Shown: piece after piece, positions 49,049-58,223 of the stretch
How the letters are laid out: each line of letters starts with the position of its first letter
How positions within the stretch are numbered: the first letter of the stretch is position 1
From: Candidatus Thermosaccharophagus tengchongensis
Lineage (GTDB): Bacteria > Armatimonadota > Fervidibacteria > Fervidibacterales > Thermosaccharophagaceae
NCBI GenBank assembly: GCA_032161105.1
Contig: JAVHTD010000012.1
Length of the DNA stretch: 64,000 nt
Direction: 5' to 3' (one strand)
Notes under the pieces: generated by a model
Databases searched by the model: none
Told to the model about the DNA's origin: nothing
Seen by the model: only the letters and a program-made list of their open reading frames with translations
Translations under genes and position numbers: made by a program

Positions 49049-49798
49049 TTAAATGTCCCATGCACCCTTCGGGATAACTAAACATCCACCCTCATGTGGG
49101 CTTCCCAAGATAATGCACTCCCCACGCCACCAAAGATACGCCGTTAGTGCAGCTGCAATTGAATCAAGTTCGTCATCACATGGAGGCATCTTTCGGAGGC
49201 GCTCAATGAGGTTGGGTATGTAGCGCTTGAGTATGTTGACCCTTTGCATCCTCCCAATGAGCCTTGTCTTTGGGTGGAGCTTCACGCGTGAGAGCGCAGA
49301 AAATGTAGCGTGTGGATAGACCTCAATCAACCATCTCCCATGCCTTTCGCTGCGCATCCCATCGGCGATGCGATAATTGTGGCGCGTCAATTCTGCATAT
49401 AGCTTCCACCCGGTGAGGATGAGCTGTCTAAACGAGGCAAAGGTCGTTGGCGTTGTCGGGAAGCATCTTATGCCAAATTGCTTGACAAGTTGGCGCTCGC
49501 ACTCACGCAGACCGCGCTTTGCCCATTCACACGCTTTGAAGCCCTCCTCAAATGTGACCTCGTGCGCCTTATCACACAACGGTTGTGGTGCGTCTATTGC
49601 TACAACGCTTGGATTGGTTTGGAGGACGAACTCAACCGCTTTCTCCACACCGTTAAGCCGCTCAACACCATTGAGGCATATATTGCCTTTTGCGTTGAAA
49701 CTGAGCGTTGCAATAAAAAACGGCTTACTCAAGCTTCCGTGCGCATCCACTCCCACAAACAGAGCCTCATTTGATGCGCTCATTCTAATGGTGCTCAC
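49049..49798 (-). CDS. DUF429-like protein (RNase H-like fold, function unknown)
   Basis: VVAIDAPQPL, LIEVYPHATFSAL and DDELDSIAAALTAY match my recollection of DUF429 conserved blocks. GTG start at 49798, ATG at 49783. Confidence 0.55.
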   Translation of the reverse strand: MSTIRMSASNEALFVGVDAHGSLSKPFFIATLSFNAKGNICLNGVERLNGVEKAVEFVLQTNPSVVAIDAPQPLCDKAHEVTFEEGFKACEWAKRGLRECERQLVKQFGIRCFPTTPTTFASFRQLILTGWKLYAELTRHNYRIADGMRSERHGRWLIEVYPHATFSALSRVKLHPKTRLIGRMQRVNILKRYIPNLIERLRKMPPCDDELDSIAAALTAYLWWRGECIILGSPHEGGCLVIPKGAWDI

Positions 49799-50107
49799 TG
49801 CTCACACCAGCCGGTGCTCCTCAGAAGATCCAGTTCGCTTGTTGTTCTCAATCGCCTCAAGCGCAACAAGTGCTGCCGCAGTTGAATGCGCGCTGATAAG
49901 CTCGTTCAACTCCAACCGCTGCCTCTTTGTGTCCGTTAGCAGTCAATGGAGCCCATCATTCACCTCATGTCGTTGCTCAAAATATTGCTTACGCTCATTA
50001 AACGCTGCCCGAGTGATAGCTATCAGCTGCCAAGCACACTCACTTGCGCATAGCCGCGCGTCAAATTCCATTCCAATGCCCAGCAGCTGAGCATCGGGCG
50101 CTTCCAA

Positions 50108-51181
50108 TCATGAGAGCAAGGTTCGGATTTGATCCAGCCTGCGCACTATGGGCAACCTCTTCGGGCACATTGCTTCACACTTTCCACAACCGTTGCATAG
50201 TGTGTTTGGCGCTTCCAAGCTTGCGTAGAGTTCCCTTGCAATCTCAATGTCGCCACGCCTCACATATTCATAGCATCGCATCATATCGGCAATCCTTATC
50301 CCCTTTGGGCAAACATTGCATTCACCACAGCCGGCGCACAGTGCCGCTGCAGCGACGGGCAAGTGGCGTTTTAGGAGTTCAGCTTCTGCTTTCGTGAGTT
50401 CACCAGTGCCGACCTTCAAGTTGCACTCAACTTCTTCAAATGTGGTCATGCCAACGAGCAGCGTATGAACGCCTTTGTTTGTGAGGAGCGATTTCAGCCC
50501 GGCAACGAGAACTTCCGGATCACCACGCCTTAAGCCGCCCGTCGTTTTCATAGCCATTATTCCGATGCCCTTTTCAGCAGCCCGCTCAATTATCGGATCA
50601 AGCATCTTCTTGTTGCCGATGTTATATGAGATGAGCATCACATCATGATAACCAAGCTCAATTGCTGTCTCCATAACAGCCGGTATGTTGGTGTGACATG
50701 CGAACCCGCTAAAGCGTATTTTGCCCTCCTTCTTCAACCTCTCATATCCCTCAAGCCAACGCTCGTTGCGGACTTGCTCTGGCGTATCAATTTGTGGCAG
50801 CAGTATATCGGCGTAATCGGTATTAAGCATCTTCAAAGCCCCATCCACATTTCCCGTTGGGGACTCCTTTAAGGCGAGGTATACTTTGTTGCGTTTCGTC
50901 TTCATCACTTCGCCAAAGGCTCTTATGCTTCTTCCGCCGGCATAGCCGGGCGATGTGTGAATGAGGTTTATGCCTCTATCAATCGCCATAGCCAGAACAT
51001 CGGGATTCTCAAGGCGCAGCCCGCCAAACGATACAACTGTCACCTTGAGCTTTGTTCTGCCGAGCACCCTGGTTGCGAGCTTTTGCTCAGCCTCACCGGC
51101 AATCAGAGGGACGCCTGCGATTGTTGCGCCAGCCACTGCTATATCCCTCAGAAACTCACGCCTCGACAGCGAACGCCTCAT
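50108..51181 (-). CDS. aldo/keto reductase with Tat signal and C-terminal 4Fe-4S ferredoxin-like domain
   Basis: Tat motif MRRSLSRREFLRDIAVAGA. AKR TIM-barrel body (INLIHTSPGYAGGRS). C-terminal CAGCGECNVCP and CNGCGKCEAMCP. Confidence 0.8.
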   Translation of the reverse strand: MRRSLSRREFLRDIAVAGATIAGVPLIAGEAEQKLATRVLGRTKLKVTVVSFGGLRLENPDVLAMAIDRGINLIHTSPGYAGGRSIRAFGEVMKTKRNKVYLALKESPTGNVDGALKMLNTDYADILLPQIDTPEQVRNERWLEGYERLKKEGKIRFSGFACHTNIPAVMETAIELGYHDVMLISYNIGNKKMLDPIIERAAEKGIGIMAMKTTGGLRRGDPEVLVAGLKSLLTNKGVHTLLVGMTTFEEVECNLKVGTGELTKAEAELLKRHLPVAAAALCAGCGECNVCPKGIRIADMMRCYEYVRRGDIEIARELYASLEAPNTLCNGCGKCEAMCPKRLPIVRRLDQIRTLLS

Positions 51182-51333
51182 CTCTTCTCACCCCCATCCA
51201 AAGGATTGCGCTTGCCACGATGGCAATCCGATTACGGAGATCGTTTTTCAGATGCTTAGACGAGAAACCGGCACTGCTTGTTGCTTTCATGATAATGGCG
51301 AGCTGTGGATTGGTTGCATTAATGCGTGCCAAT

Positions 51334-51669
51334 TCACTCAAGCCTATAACGGCGCTTCATCGCTTGATAACGCTGCCATGCGTAGTCATCAATTTCACTC
51401 AATGGAATGCTCTCAAGCCACTCCATAAGGCGATGTAACGGCTCCCCGCGCACCATCCACTGGTAGTAGCTTCTTCCGCCATGGTTATACGGTCCATAGA
51501 GTTTTGAGCCGGGCACCAATTCCCTGAGCATTTCAAAAAGCTTCCTGTGGCGAGTGTGCATCCTGAGCGTTATATGTGGTTGCTTTCCGTCACCGCCAAA
51601 ATGACCCTCACCGATGAGCAAACCCACAAGCAAGCCTTTGAAAAACTCATTCACGAAAGCCACCTCCAT
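51334..51669 (-). CDS. free-standing single-motif LAGLIDADG homing-endonuclease-like protein
   Basis: 111 aa. FFKGLLVGLLIGEGHFGG aligns to the LAGLIDADG helix with Glu at the catalytic acidic position. It is followed by an I-CreI-like pattern (ITLRMHTRHRKLFEMLRELV...YYQWMVRG.EPLHRLMEWL). Confidence 0.7.
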   Translation of the reverse strand: MEVAFVNEFFKGLLVGLLIGEGHFGGDGKQPHITLRMHTRHRKLFEMLRELVPGSKLYGPYNHGGRSYYQWMVRGEPLHRLMEWLESIPLSEIDDYAWQRYQAMKRRYRLE

Positions 51670-51937
51670 CTAACGGATGAGTTGAGGCGGGGCAAATCCA
51701 AATCAAGTTAGCTCAGCCTGAGAACTCATCTTGCCGCTCAATGGATCGGTCGTAAACATGACGGAGAGGCAAATTCGCCTCAGCCGTTGCGAGTGAGATC
51801 GGTGTTGCGTCATCCTTCATCAACGGTTAATCTGGCTCTATGCGCAAATGGTTGAACATGCCGTTGCTGGCAAACGAGCCTCAGTCGCCCATGCATATGG
51901 GGTTAAGTTGGGCGTCCCAATCAGCGGGGGTGAAAAT

Positions 51938-53851
51938 ATGCGCGCACAGTTAATGGTGACCGTTCTGATAAGTTTGCTTGCAGGTTCTTTTGTGGCGGCT
52001 TCAGCCGGCGTAAATGAATTCCCGGTTCGTCCATACATTGACCCAACACAGCTTGATGTCCCATGGCCCAAACACAGCCATTACAAACTCCCGTGGAGAG
52101 CCTTCCTTGAGACGAAGAGCTCTTACGAGTTCCTTCAAGGCATTGGGATTAACTATAATGTGCCTGCCAATCACGAGGTTGCAGTTCGGCTCTTAAGGGA
52201 GGCTGGCTTCAAGACATTCCGAATAGAGATTGGTTGGAGCAATGTTAACTGGGATGAGAATAAGTTGAGCAACGAGGATAGATGGCTTGCGTTGCTTCAG
52301 CTATGCAAGCATTATGGTATCCGCCCGACGATACTGCTAAATGCACATCACGGCGTTCCATGTCCACATCGTTTCTTTGAGCGCCGCTTGATTGAGGATG
52401 CCCCAAAGGGAAGCAGGTCAGTCAAGCTTGACGATGTTCGCGAGATCGTCCCGAAGTATAGCGGGCTGTCCAACCTGACAACATACATGGCATGCGAGGT
52501 CTTCATCACCGACATTGATACTCAAACCAAGGAGTGCAAGTTGAGCAAGCCACTCCCGAGGGATTTAAAAGCCGGCGATAAAGTGCTCCTTGCGACATTG
52601 AAATATCTCCCTGCGCATCCGGTTAGCACACCTGAATTTGAAGCGATGGCAAATGGTTGGGTGAAATATGCGCAGCTTGTGCTTGACTTGCTTAATGCGG
52701 TCGGCATAAACGACTTTGATGTTGAGATTTGGAATGAGCTCTCTTTCGGTTCTGCTTTTATGGGCACGCACGGAATTAACCACTACTACGATCCACCGAT
52801 AGTCAAGTTCAATGTTGACTTCCTTCGCCCGGGTGGGCACGCTTGGGAGATAGCCCGGCGCACAGTTGAATTGGTAAAATCGCAATTCCAAAACGCACGA
52901 TGCATTTGGGGCTTTTCAAACACGACTTTCTTCCACACGCCAATTGAAGAGTTGCCACCAATGACCGACGGGCAGAGTTACCATCCGTATGGCACTGGAA
53001 CAAGGAAGCTGCCGGAGCATGAGCAAGCCCCAAATGAGCCATGGCGGTGCCTTGAGGGCTTCATCCCGAAGATGGAGATGCGTATGCCGGAGGGCTGGGC
53101 GCATACATTCATCCAGACGGAGAGCCTGATGAGGCTGCTTAACAGCGAGGCGAGAAAGAGGCGGAAGCCGAAAGGTGTTGAGCGATTCTACCACTATATG
53201 ACCGAGCATGGTGTTGTCCCGCCAGAATGCAATGTCAATGATGAGCAAGGCGCATGGTTACTCAAAGCCAAAACAGTGTTGCGCTCATTTTGTTTTTGGC
53301 TCAACAAGGGCATTGATGTGATGCACTACTACTGCGCGTATGACAGAACTGCCCTTGGCATGGGGCTTTTACCGCCCGAAATCGCAAAGCTACCCAAGGA
53401 TGCAAAGTTTGAAGATGTGGCGACGCTTCCGATGAAAGCATTGCGCAACCTGACAGAGCTCCTTGCCGCAAGCAAGCCGCTGAGGGACGAGCAAATCCGG
53501 CAACTCAGTGTAGATGTGGTTTCGCTCGGCGAGCAGCGAAGGATCTTTGACGGTGACGAGAATCATCCACCACTTTGGCAGCGAGAGGCGTTCGCCTTCC
53601 TGCCATTCCAAGTTGACGAGCGCACCCTTGCCATCGCAGTTTATGAGATGACTTACGATGTAACGAAGCCGCATGGCGGGGCTCTGTATCGCCTGACAAT
53701 CAGCGGCATTAAAAGCAAGCCATCATCTGCACGCCTGTATGACCCGCTCAGCGATAAATGGTTGGGAGTGAAGTTACTTAAAGCCGTTAGCGACAGCGTG
53801 GTTGTTGAGGTCAATGTCAGCGACTATCCGAGGCTGCTCATCATTCGGTGA
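51938..53851 (+). CDS. secreted TIM-barrel glycoside hydrolase-like protein (clan GH-A features), family unassigned
   Basis: Signal peptide MRAQLMVTVLISLLAGSFVAASA after GGGGGTGA. FRIEIGW, ILLNAHHG, candidate acid/base VEIWNEL, candidate nucleophile YHYMTEHG. The ORF opens at 51848. Confidence 0.6.
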   Translation: MRAQLMVTVLISLLAGSFVAASAGVNEFPVRPYIDPTQLDVPWPKHSHYKLPWRAFLETKSSYEFLQGIGINYNVPANHEVAVRLLREAGFKTFRIEIGWSNVNWDENKLSNEDRWLALLQLCKHYGIRPTILLNAHHGVPCPHRFFERRLIEDAPKGSRSVKLDDVREIVPKYSGLSNLTTYMACEVFITDIDTQTKECKLSKPLPRDLKAGDKVLLATLKYLPAHPVSTPEFEAMANGWVKYAQLVLDLLNAVGINDFDVEIWNELSFGSAFMGTHGINHYYDPPIVKFNVDFLRPGGHAWEIARRTVELVKSQFQNARCIWGFSNTTFFHTPIEELPPMTDGQSYHPYGTGTRKLPEHEQAPNEPWRCLEGFIPKMEMRMPEGWAHTFIQTESLMRLLNSEARKRRKPKGVERFYHYMTEHGVVPPECNVNDEQGAWLLKAKTVLRSFCFWLNKGIDVMHYYCAYDRTALGMGLLPPEIAKLPKDAKFEDVATLPMKALRNLTELLAASKPLRDEQIRQLSVDVVSLGEQRRIFDGDENHPPLWQREAFAFLPFQVDERTLAIAVYEMTYDVTKPHGGALYRLTISGIKSKPSSARLYDPLSDKWLGVKLLKAVSDSVVVEVNVSDYPRLLIIR

Positions 53852-56800
53852 GGCTCAACATTGCTGAAGCAAACGAGGCAAAGGTGGTGGTCGGGATGGT
53901 TGAATTAGCCGGTGTGCAAGCGAGATGTTTTGTGCTTCTGTGGGCTGTTACAATGGCTTTAGCCACCTGCAATCACTCGGCGTTGTGCTCTGTTGAGTTT
54001 TCAAGCTCAATGCTGTCCATTGAGGCTGAGAGCGGCGGGCTTAAGGGTGACTTGAAAGTCATCGTCACAAAGGGGGCAAGCGGCGGGAAAACGGTTGCTT
54101 CAGGGAATGGCGGTGAGGTGTCATTTGAGATTGGCATGCCGTCCGATAGAATGGCTTTCTTGGAGCTCGCAGCATCGCTTCCGTATAACCTCGGTATTGA
54201 AACCATACGCTACAAAGTTGTGCTGAATGGCAAAACGCTGATATACCCTCAAGGGTGGAACAGGACATATCGCCCGCACTTCCTCATTCTCGGCGGCACT
54301 CCAACTATGGCGAAGTTGCTTTTCCTACTGCCGCTGCAGCTTCAACGGGGCATAAACAACCTCACAATCCGAATGCCACCGCACTCGGCACTTGATTGCA
54401 TCATCTTGCGAAAAGCAATCGCAGTATCGCTCAAGGTATCCGTTGAGCCCGATGAGCGCAACTTCGTTTTCTTTGGGGATGAGAGACCGACGCTGCGATT
54501 TGTGCTTTCATCTGAAACGGACATCTCAGTGGATGCCGAGTTTTTCGCAGTGCAAGTTTGCTTGGCTGATGATACAACCGGCGAAGCCGATTGGTCACCA
54601 GATGTGCGCGTCGTGCACACCTCAACACTTATGCGCAAGGTGATGAGGCTTAACCTTCGCGCCTCGGAGCCGGCGAGGATGACCTTGCCTTTACCGACAC
54701 GAAGATATGGAGCTGTGGGTGTGCTCGCTTTGCTCCATCGCGGTGACGAGATGCTTCCCATTTACATTGCCAATGCTGTCATCATCCCACGGAGGGATGT
54801 AAGTAAGTTTTACTCGGATGGCATATTCATGGCTTCAGTCGGGCATGCCGGCACGAGGGAACTCAGCCTTATCCCAGCATATAAGCGCATGGGCATTGAT
54901 TGGTTTCGCACTGAGATAGGTTGGAACTCATTTGAGCCGAATAAAGGTGCTTGGCGTTGGGAGGAGCTTGACCGCTTCTTTGACGCATGCCGGAAAAGCA
55001 GGATTTATGTGATGAACCTCGCCTCGCATGCACCTGAGTGGGCAAAGCCAAAAGGGGACTTCATTGACATCCCATACAAGAACTACACCATCAAGCTTGA
55101 TAATACCCCGGGACGGGAGTTCATGGGCGATTGGGAAAATGCGTGGGCGGAGTTCTTGCGCCGATACAAGGATGTGTGTCCGGCGCTCAACCTCTGGAAC
55201 GAGCCATGGGAGGGTGGCGGAATAAGCGGTTGGAAGTCAACTGGTGATCACTATAGGCTTCTGCTCAAACACCTCAAGCGGGCGAGGGATGCCGTTGACA
55301 AAGCTGTCAAGATAGTGGCTGCCGACTCGTCACACAACACGGATTGGAAGATCTTTGCGGCTGGAATGGAAGACCACATTGATGTCATCTCGGTGCATTA
55401 TGAACGCCCGCAAGCCTGTCAAGCCTTTGCCATGGGGAAATACTATGGCAAGGAAGTTTGGGATACGGAAACTTGGGTGACTTGGCTTGGTGATGCATCT
55501 TCGCTTCGGCGCACATTGTATCAACTCGCCCTCGGAGCGACGAAAGTTAGCCCATTGCATCGCGACTTGCTTTTTGATTCCGATGGCTTCCCGACGACAA
55601 CGGCGGCGTGGGTGGCTGCGGCATCTCATTTCCTCAACGGTGTTCGCTTTTATGGTGTTGTCCATCCCGAGCGCCCGCCGTTTGTCCTTCTCTTTTCCGA
55701 TGGGAGAAGAAGCATTGCAGCTATTGCGACGACACTTGATGAAGCGCCGCTGTCATCCTCTGGCGGCTTCAGGAGACAGTTTGCAACCTCAAAATGCGTG
55801 ATGGAGGTTGGGCATCACCCATCGTTGCGTGCTTTTGACATGTTCGGTAACGAGATCAAGCTCCAGAGGAGGGGAGGTAGAGCGCTTCTTCCGGTTGATG
55901 TCATGCCGAGGTTCTTAGCTGCAAGCTTGCCACCAAAAGAGTTTGAGTCGCTGTTGTCAAAGGCAATCTATCGTAACCTTCGCCCGGTTGAGATAATCCT
56001 GCATCAAATTGGACAGCCGCTTAATGAACATCCAAAGCTCACCGTTGAGCTTCGCAATGCACACCCGTTCAAGCTGGACGGGAAACTGACAGTCAATGTT
56101 AACGGGCTCGTGCTACAGCCAAAGGAGGTGTCATTCTCACTTGCGCCTGTAGAGCGCAGGAGCTTTGAGTTCAAAGTTGCTTCAGCAAACGGTGAGAGGG
56201 TTAATTGCTATCCCGCCAAGGTCACCGTGACGACGAATGTCGGCACAGCAACTCTCAATGAAGACCTGCATGTAGCGGTTATCAAGCGCGGCAGCATCTC
56301 AGTTGACGGCGATGTCAGCGACTGGCAATCCATTGGCGCAATCCCGATCATGCTCGCGAAGGCTCAAGTGGATACCCTTTTGCTAAAGGCATGGTTTCCG
56401 TGGGAGAGGTTCCGTGAGTCAACAAAAGGTTTTGCCGCCGAAGTGGCATTCGCATACGACGAGCGCAACCTTTACATGGTTGCGAGGGTCTCCGATGAGA
56501 AGCCCGACATCTTACCATCGCTGCTCTCCGGGAAAAATCTGCATCGCTTTCAAAACCCACCCGGAGACTATGTCTATTACGAAATGGGACCAATACCTGC
56601 AGCCTCGGGCGACTTAATCCAAATTGCCCTCGGAAGGATTGAGAAGGACTGGGTGCAGAAATACGAACCCTTCCCGCCAACATCTCCACTTTACAAGTTT
56701 GGGCATCACATGTGCTCCGAATACTGCTACATCGTTTATCCGACTCATGATGGAAGTGCTGAGGTCATGCGTGCGCGCACACCCAAGTTCTACTACCTTC

Positions 56801-57102
56801 ACCCGCTGCCGATTGATTACGGCTTCCTCTCACGCCACTGCAAAGTTGATGGCTCAAGGGCAATCGTGAGGCGCGTTGAAGGCGGTTACATCTATGAGCT
56901 TGCCATACCTTGGGATGAGCTCAGCCTCATAGAGCCGGCGCCGGGAAAGCGAATCAAGTTGAGCTTTCTCGTTCAGGATGGTGGTATGGGCAATGTGCTT
57001 CAGTTCTCAAGTGGCAAAAGCATCTGCACGATGACCACAATGGATTTTGAGCCGGCATGGGGAAGCAAGTGGTGTGCCGGAACGGAATTTGAGTTTGATT
57101 AA
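53848..57102 (+). CDS. large secreted multi-domain glycoside hydrolase-like protein: CBM6/35-like N-domain, clan GH-A-like TIM barrel, CBM9-like C-terminal domain
   Basis: IEAESGGLKGD...ASGGKTV (CBM-like). WFRTEIGWNSFEP, candidate acid/base LNLWNEPW, candidate nucleophile VWDTETW. SVDGDVSDWQSIGAIP...FAYDERNLYMVARVSD (CBM9-like). The GTG start overlaps the upstream stop. Confidence 0.6.
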   Translation: MRLNIAEANEAKVVVGMVELAGVQARCFVLLWAVTMALATCNHSALCSVEFSSSMLSIEAESGGLKGDLKVIVTKGASGGKTVASGNGGEVSFEIGMPSDRMAFLELAASLPYNLGIETIRYKVVLNGKTLIYPQGWNRTYRPHFLILGGTPTMAKLLFLLPLQLQRGINNLTIRMPPHSALDCIILRKAIAVSLKVSVEPDERNFVFFGDERPTLRFVLSSETDISVDAEFFAVQVCLADDTTGEADWSPDVRVVHTSTLMRKVMRLNLRASEPARMTLPLPTRRYGAVGVLALLHRGDEMLPIYIANAVIIPRRDVSKFYSDGIFMASVGHAGTRELSLIPAYKRMGIDWFRTEIGWNSFEPNKGAWRWEELDRFFDACRKSRIYVMNLASHAPEWAKPKGDFIDIPYKNYTIKLDNTPGREFMGDWENAWAEFLRRYKDVCPALNLWNEPWEGGGISGWKSTGDHYRLLLKHLKRARDAVDKAVKIVAADSSHNTDWKIFAAGMEDHIDVISVHYERPQACQAFAMGKYYGKEVWDTETWVTWLGDASSLRRTLYQLALGATKVSPLHRDLLFDSDGFPTTTAAWVAAASHFLNGVRFYGVVHPERPPFVLLFSDGRRSIAAIATTLDEAPLSSSGGFRRQFATSKCVMEVGHHPSLRAFDMFGNEIKLQRRGGRALLPVDVMPRFLAASLPPKEFESLLSKAIYRNLRPVEIILHQIGQPLNEHPKLTVELRNAHPFKLDGKLTVNVNGLVLQPKEVSFSLAPVERRSFEFKVASANGERVNCYPAKVTVTTNVGTATLNEDLHVAVIKRGSISVDGDVSDWQSIGAIPIMLAKAQVDTLLLKAWFPWERFRESTKGFAAEVAFAYDERNLYMVARVSDEKPDILPSLLSGKNLHRFQNPPGDYVYYEMGPIPAASGDLIQIALGRIEKDWVQKYEPFPPTSPLYKFGHHMCSEYCYIVYPTHDGSAEVMRARTPKFYYLHPLPIDYGFLSRHCKVDGSRAIVRRVEGGYIYELAIPWDELSLIEPAPGKRIKLSFLVQDGGMGNVLQFSSGKSICTMTTMDFEPAWGSKWCAGTEFEFD

Positions 57103-57140
57103 CTCCCACAGCCGTTGAACTCCATTGAAGGGGATTACGC

Positions 57141-58163
57141 TTATGCATCGGTTATGGAGTCGTCATCCTTTGCAATTGCTCTTGGGTGGGCTTTGATGAA
57201 AGACTGGCGAAGCTGTCCGCTGCTCACATGCGTATAAATCTGCGTCGTGGCAATATTTGCGTGCCCGAGCAGCTCCTGAATTGAGCGCAAGTCTGCGCCG
57301 CCTTTGAGCATGTGCGTTGCAAATGTGTGCCTTATCACATGCGGGCTTGGTGGGTTGCTCAATCCCGAGGCGATGCCGTATCGCTTGAGTATTTTGAATG
57401 CGGCAGTTCGGCACAGCCTCCTCCCGCTCCGGCTCAAAAAGAGGGCACTACCACCGATGCCTCTATCAAGTGATGGGCGAGAGAGTGTCAAATACGCTTT
57501 GAGCGCCTCAATGGCTTTTCTTCCAATCGGTATGATGCGCTCTTTGCTGCCCTTACCCAAGCACCTTATGAAGCCCGTCTCCAAGTTCACATCGCCCAAG
57601 TTCAATCCGACGAGTTCACTTATGCGTGCGCCTGTGGCGTAAAGCAGCTCAAGCATTGCCCTGTCACGCAAGCCGAGCAATGTGCTCTCAGATGGCTGCT
57701 CAAGCAGCTTTTCAATGGCTTCACGCTCAAGATACTTCGGCAGGCGGAGCTGTTTCCTCGGGCGCTCCATGTTTGCAGTTGGGTCTTCATCAGCAAACCC
57801 GTCTCGCACGAGGAAACGGTGGAATGTCGCTATAGCGCTTAAGCGTCGTTGGATGGTTGATGGTGAGAGGTTTTGTGCCCTCAATCTCAGCGCATAGATG
57901 AGGATGAGTTCGTAAGTGCACTTGGATGGCTCATCCGCTCCACGCCCGCTTATGAAGGATAGGTAATCAATCAAATCGCGCCTGTAGCCGTCAATGGTGT
58001 TGTGTGACAATCCCCTCTCAGCAACCAAGTGCGCAATGAATGCCCTTAGGAGCGATTGCCACATCTGAGGGAGCTCACCGATGAGCGCTTCAACCTTGCT
58101 TTTGGTTGGGATTGCCCTCTTCACTGCTTCGCTGCCATCTACTACTCCACTCATTGCTGTCAC
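57141..58163 (-). CDS. xerD: site-specific tyrosine recombinase XerD
   Basis: ERGLSHNTIDGYRRDL (XerD-type N-domain), ARISELVGL, HVIRHTFATHML, LLGHANIATTQIYTHV. The start may be the internal ATG at 58064. Confidence 0.88.
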   Translation of the reverse strand: MTAMSGVVDGSEAVKRAIPTKSKVEALIGELPQMWQSLLRAFIAHLVAERGLSHNTIDGYRRDLIDYLSFISGRGADEPSKCTYELILIYALRLRAQNLSPSTIQRRLSAIATFHRFLVRDGFADEDPTANMERPRKQLRLPKYLEREAIEKLLEQPSESTLLGLRDRAMLELLYATGARISELVGLNLGDVNLETGFIRCLGKGSKERIIPIGRKAIEALKAYLTLSRPSLDRGIGGSALFLSRSGRRLCRTAAFKILKRYGIASGLSNPPSPHVIRHTFATHMLKGGADLRSIQELLGHANIATTQIYTHVSSGQLRQSFIKAHPRAIAKDDDSITDA

Positions 58164-58223
58164 CGTTTTTTCTCAGTCACTGCGTTGCCTTCGCTGACCG
58201 TTGGCAGTTCTCACCCTGCAGCA

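Noticed and set aside
49942-49944. In-frame TGA read as selenocysteine or as a reassigned sense codon
   Set aside because: No convincing SECIS-like hairpin lies immediately downstream. TGA terminates many clearly complete genes in this window, for example the nuoB-like, rpoD and ThiD genes.
49377-50090. 237-aa plus-strand ORF
   Set aside because: It is antisense to the DUF429 gene and to the interrupted small frame. Its Ser/Cys/Arg-rich composition marks it as a shadow ORF, and I used it only as indirect evidence that the minus strand is coding.
57141-58163. Tyrosine recombinase as the integrase of an integrated mobile element
   Set aside because: The sequence has the XerD-specific N-domain signature (NT..YRRDL). 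It is flanked by housekeeping genes with no phage or plasmid genes. It is about 32 kb from the tRNA cluster, and I saw no att-like direct repeats.
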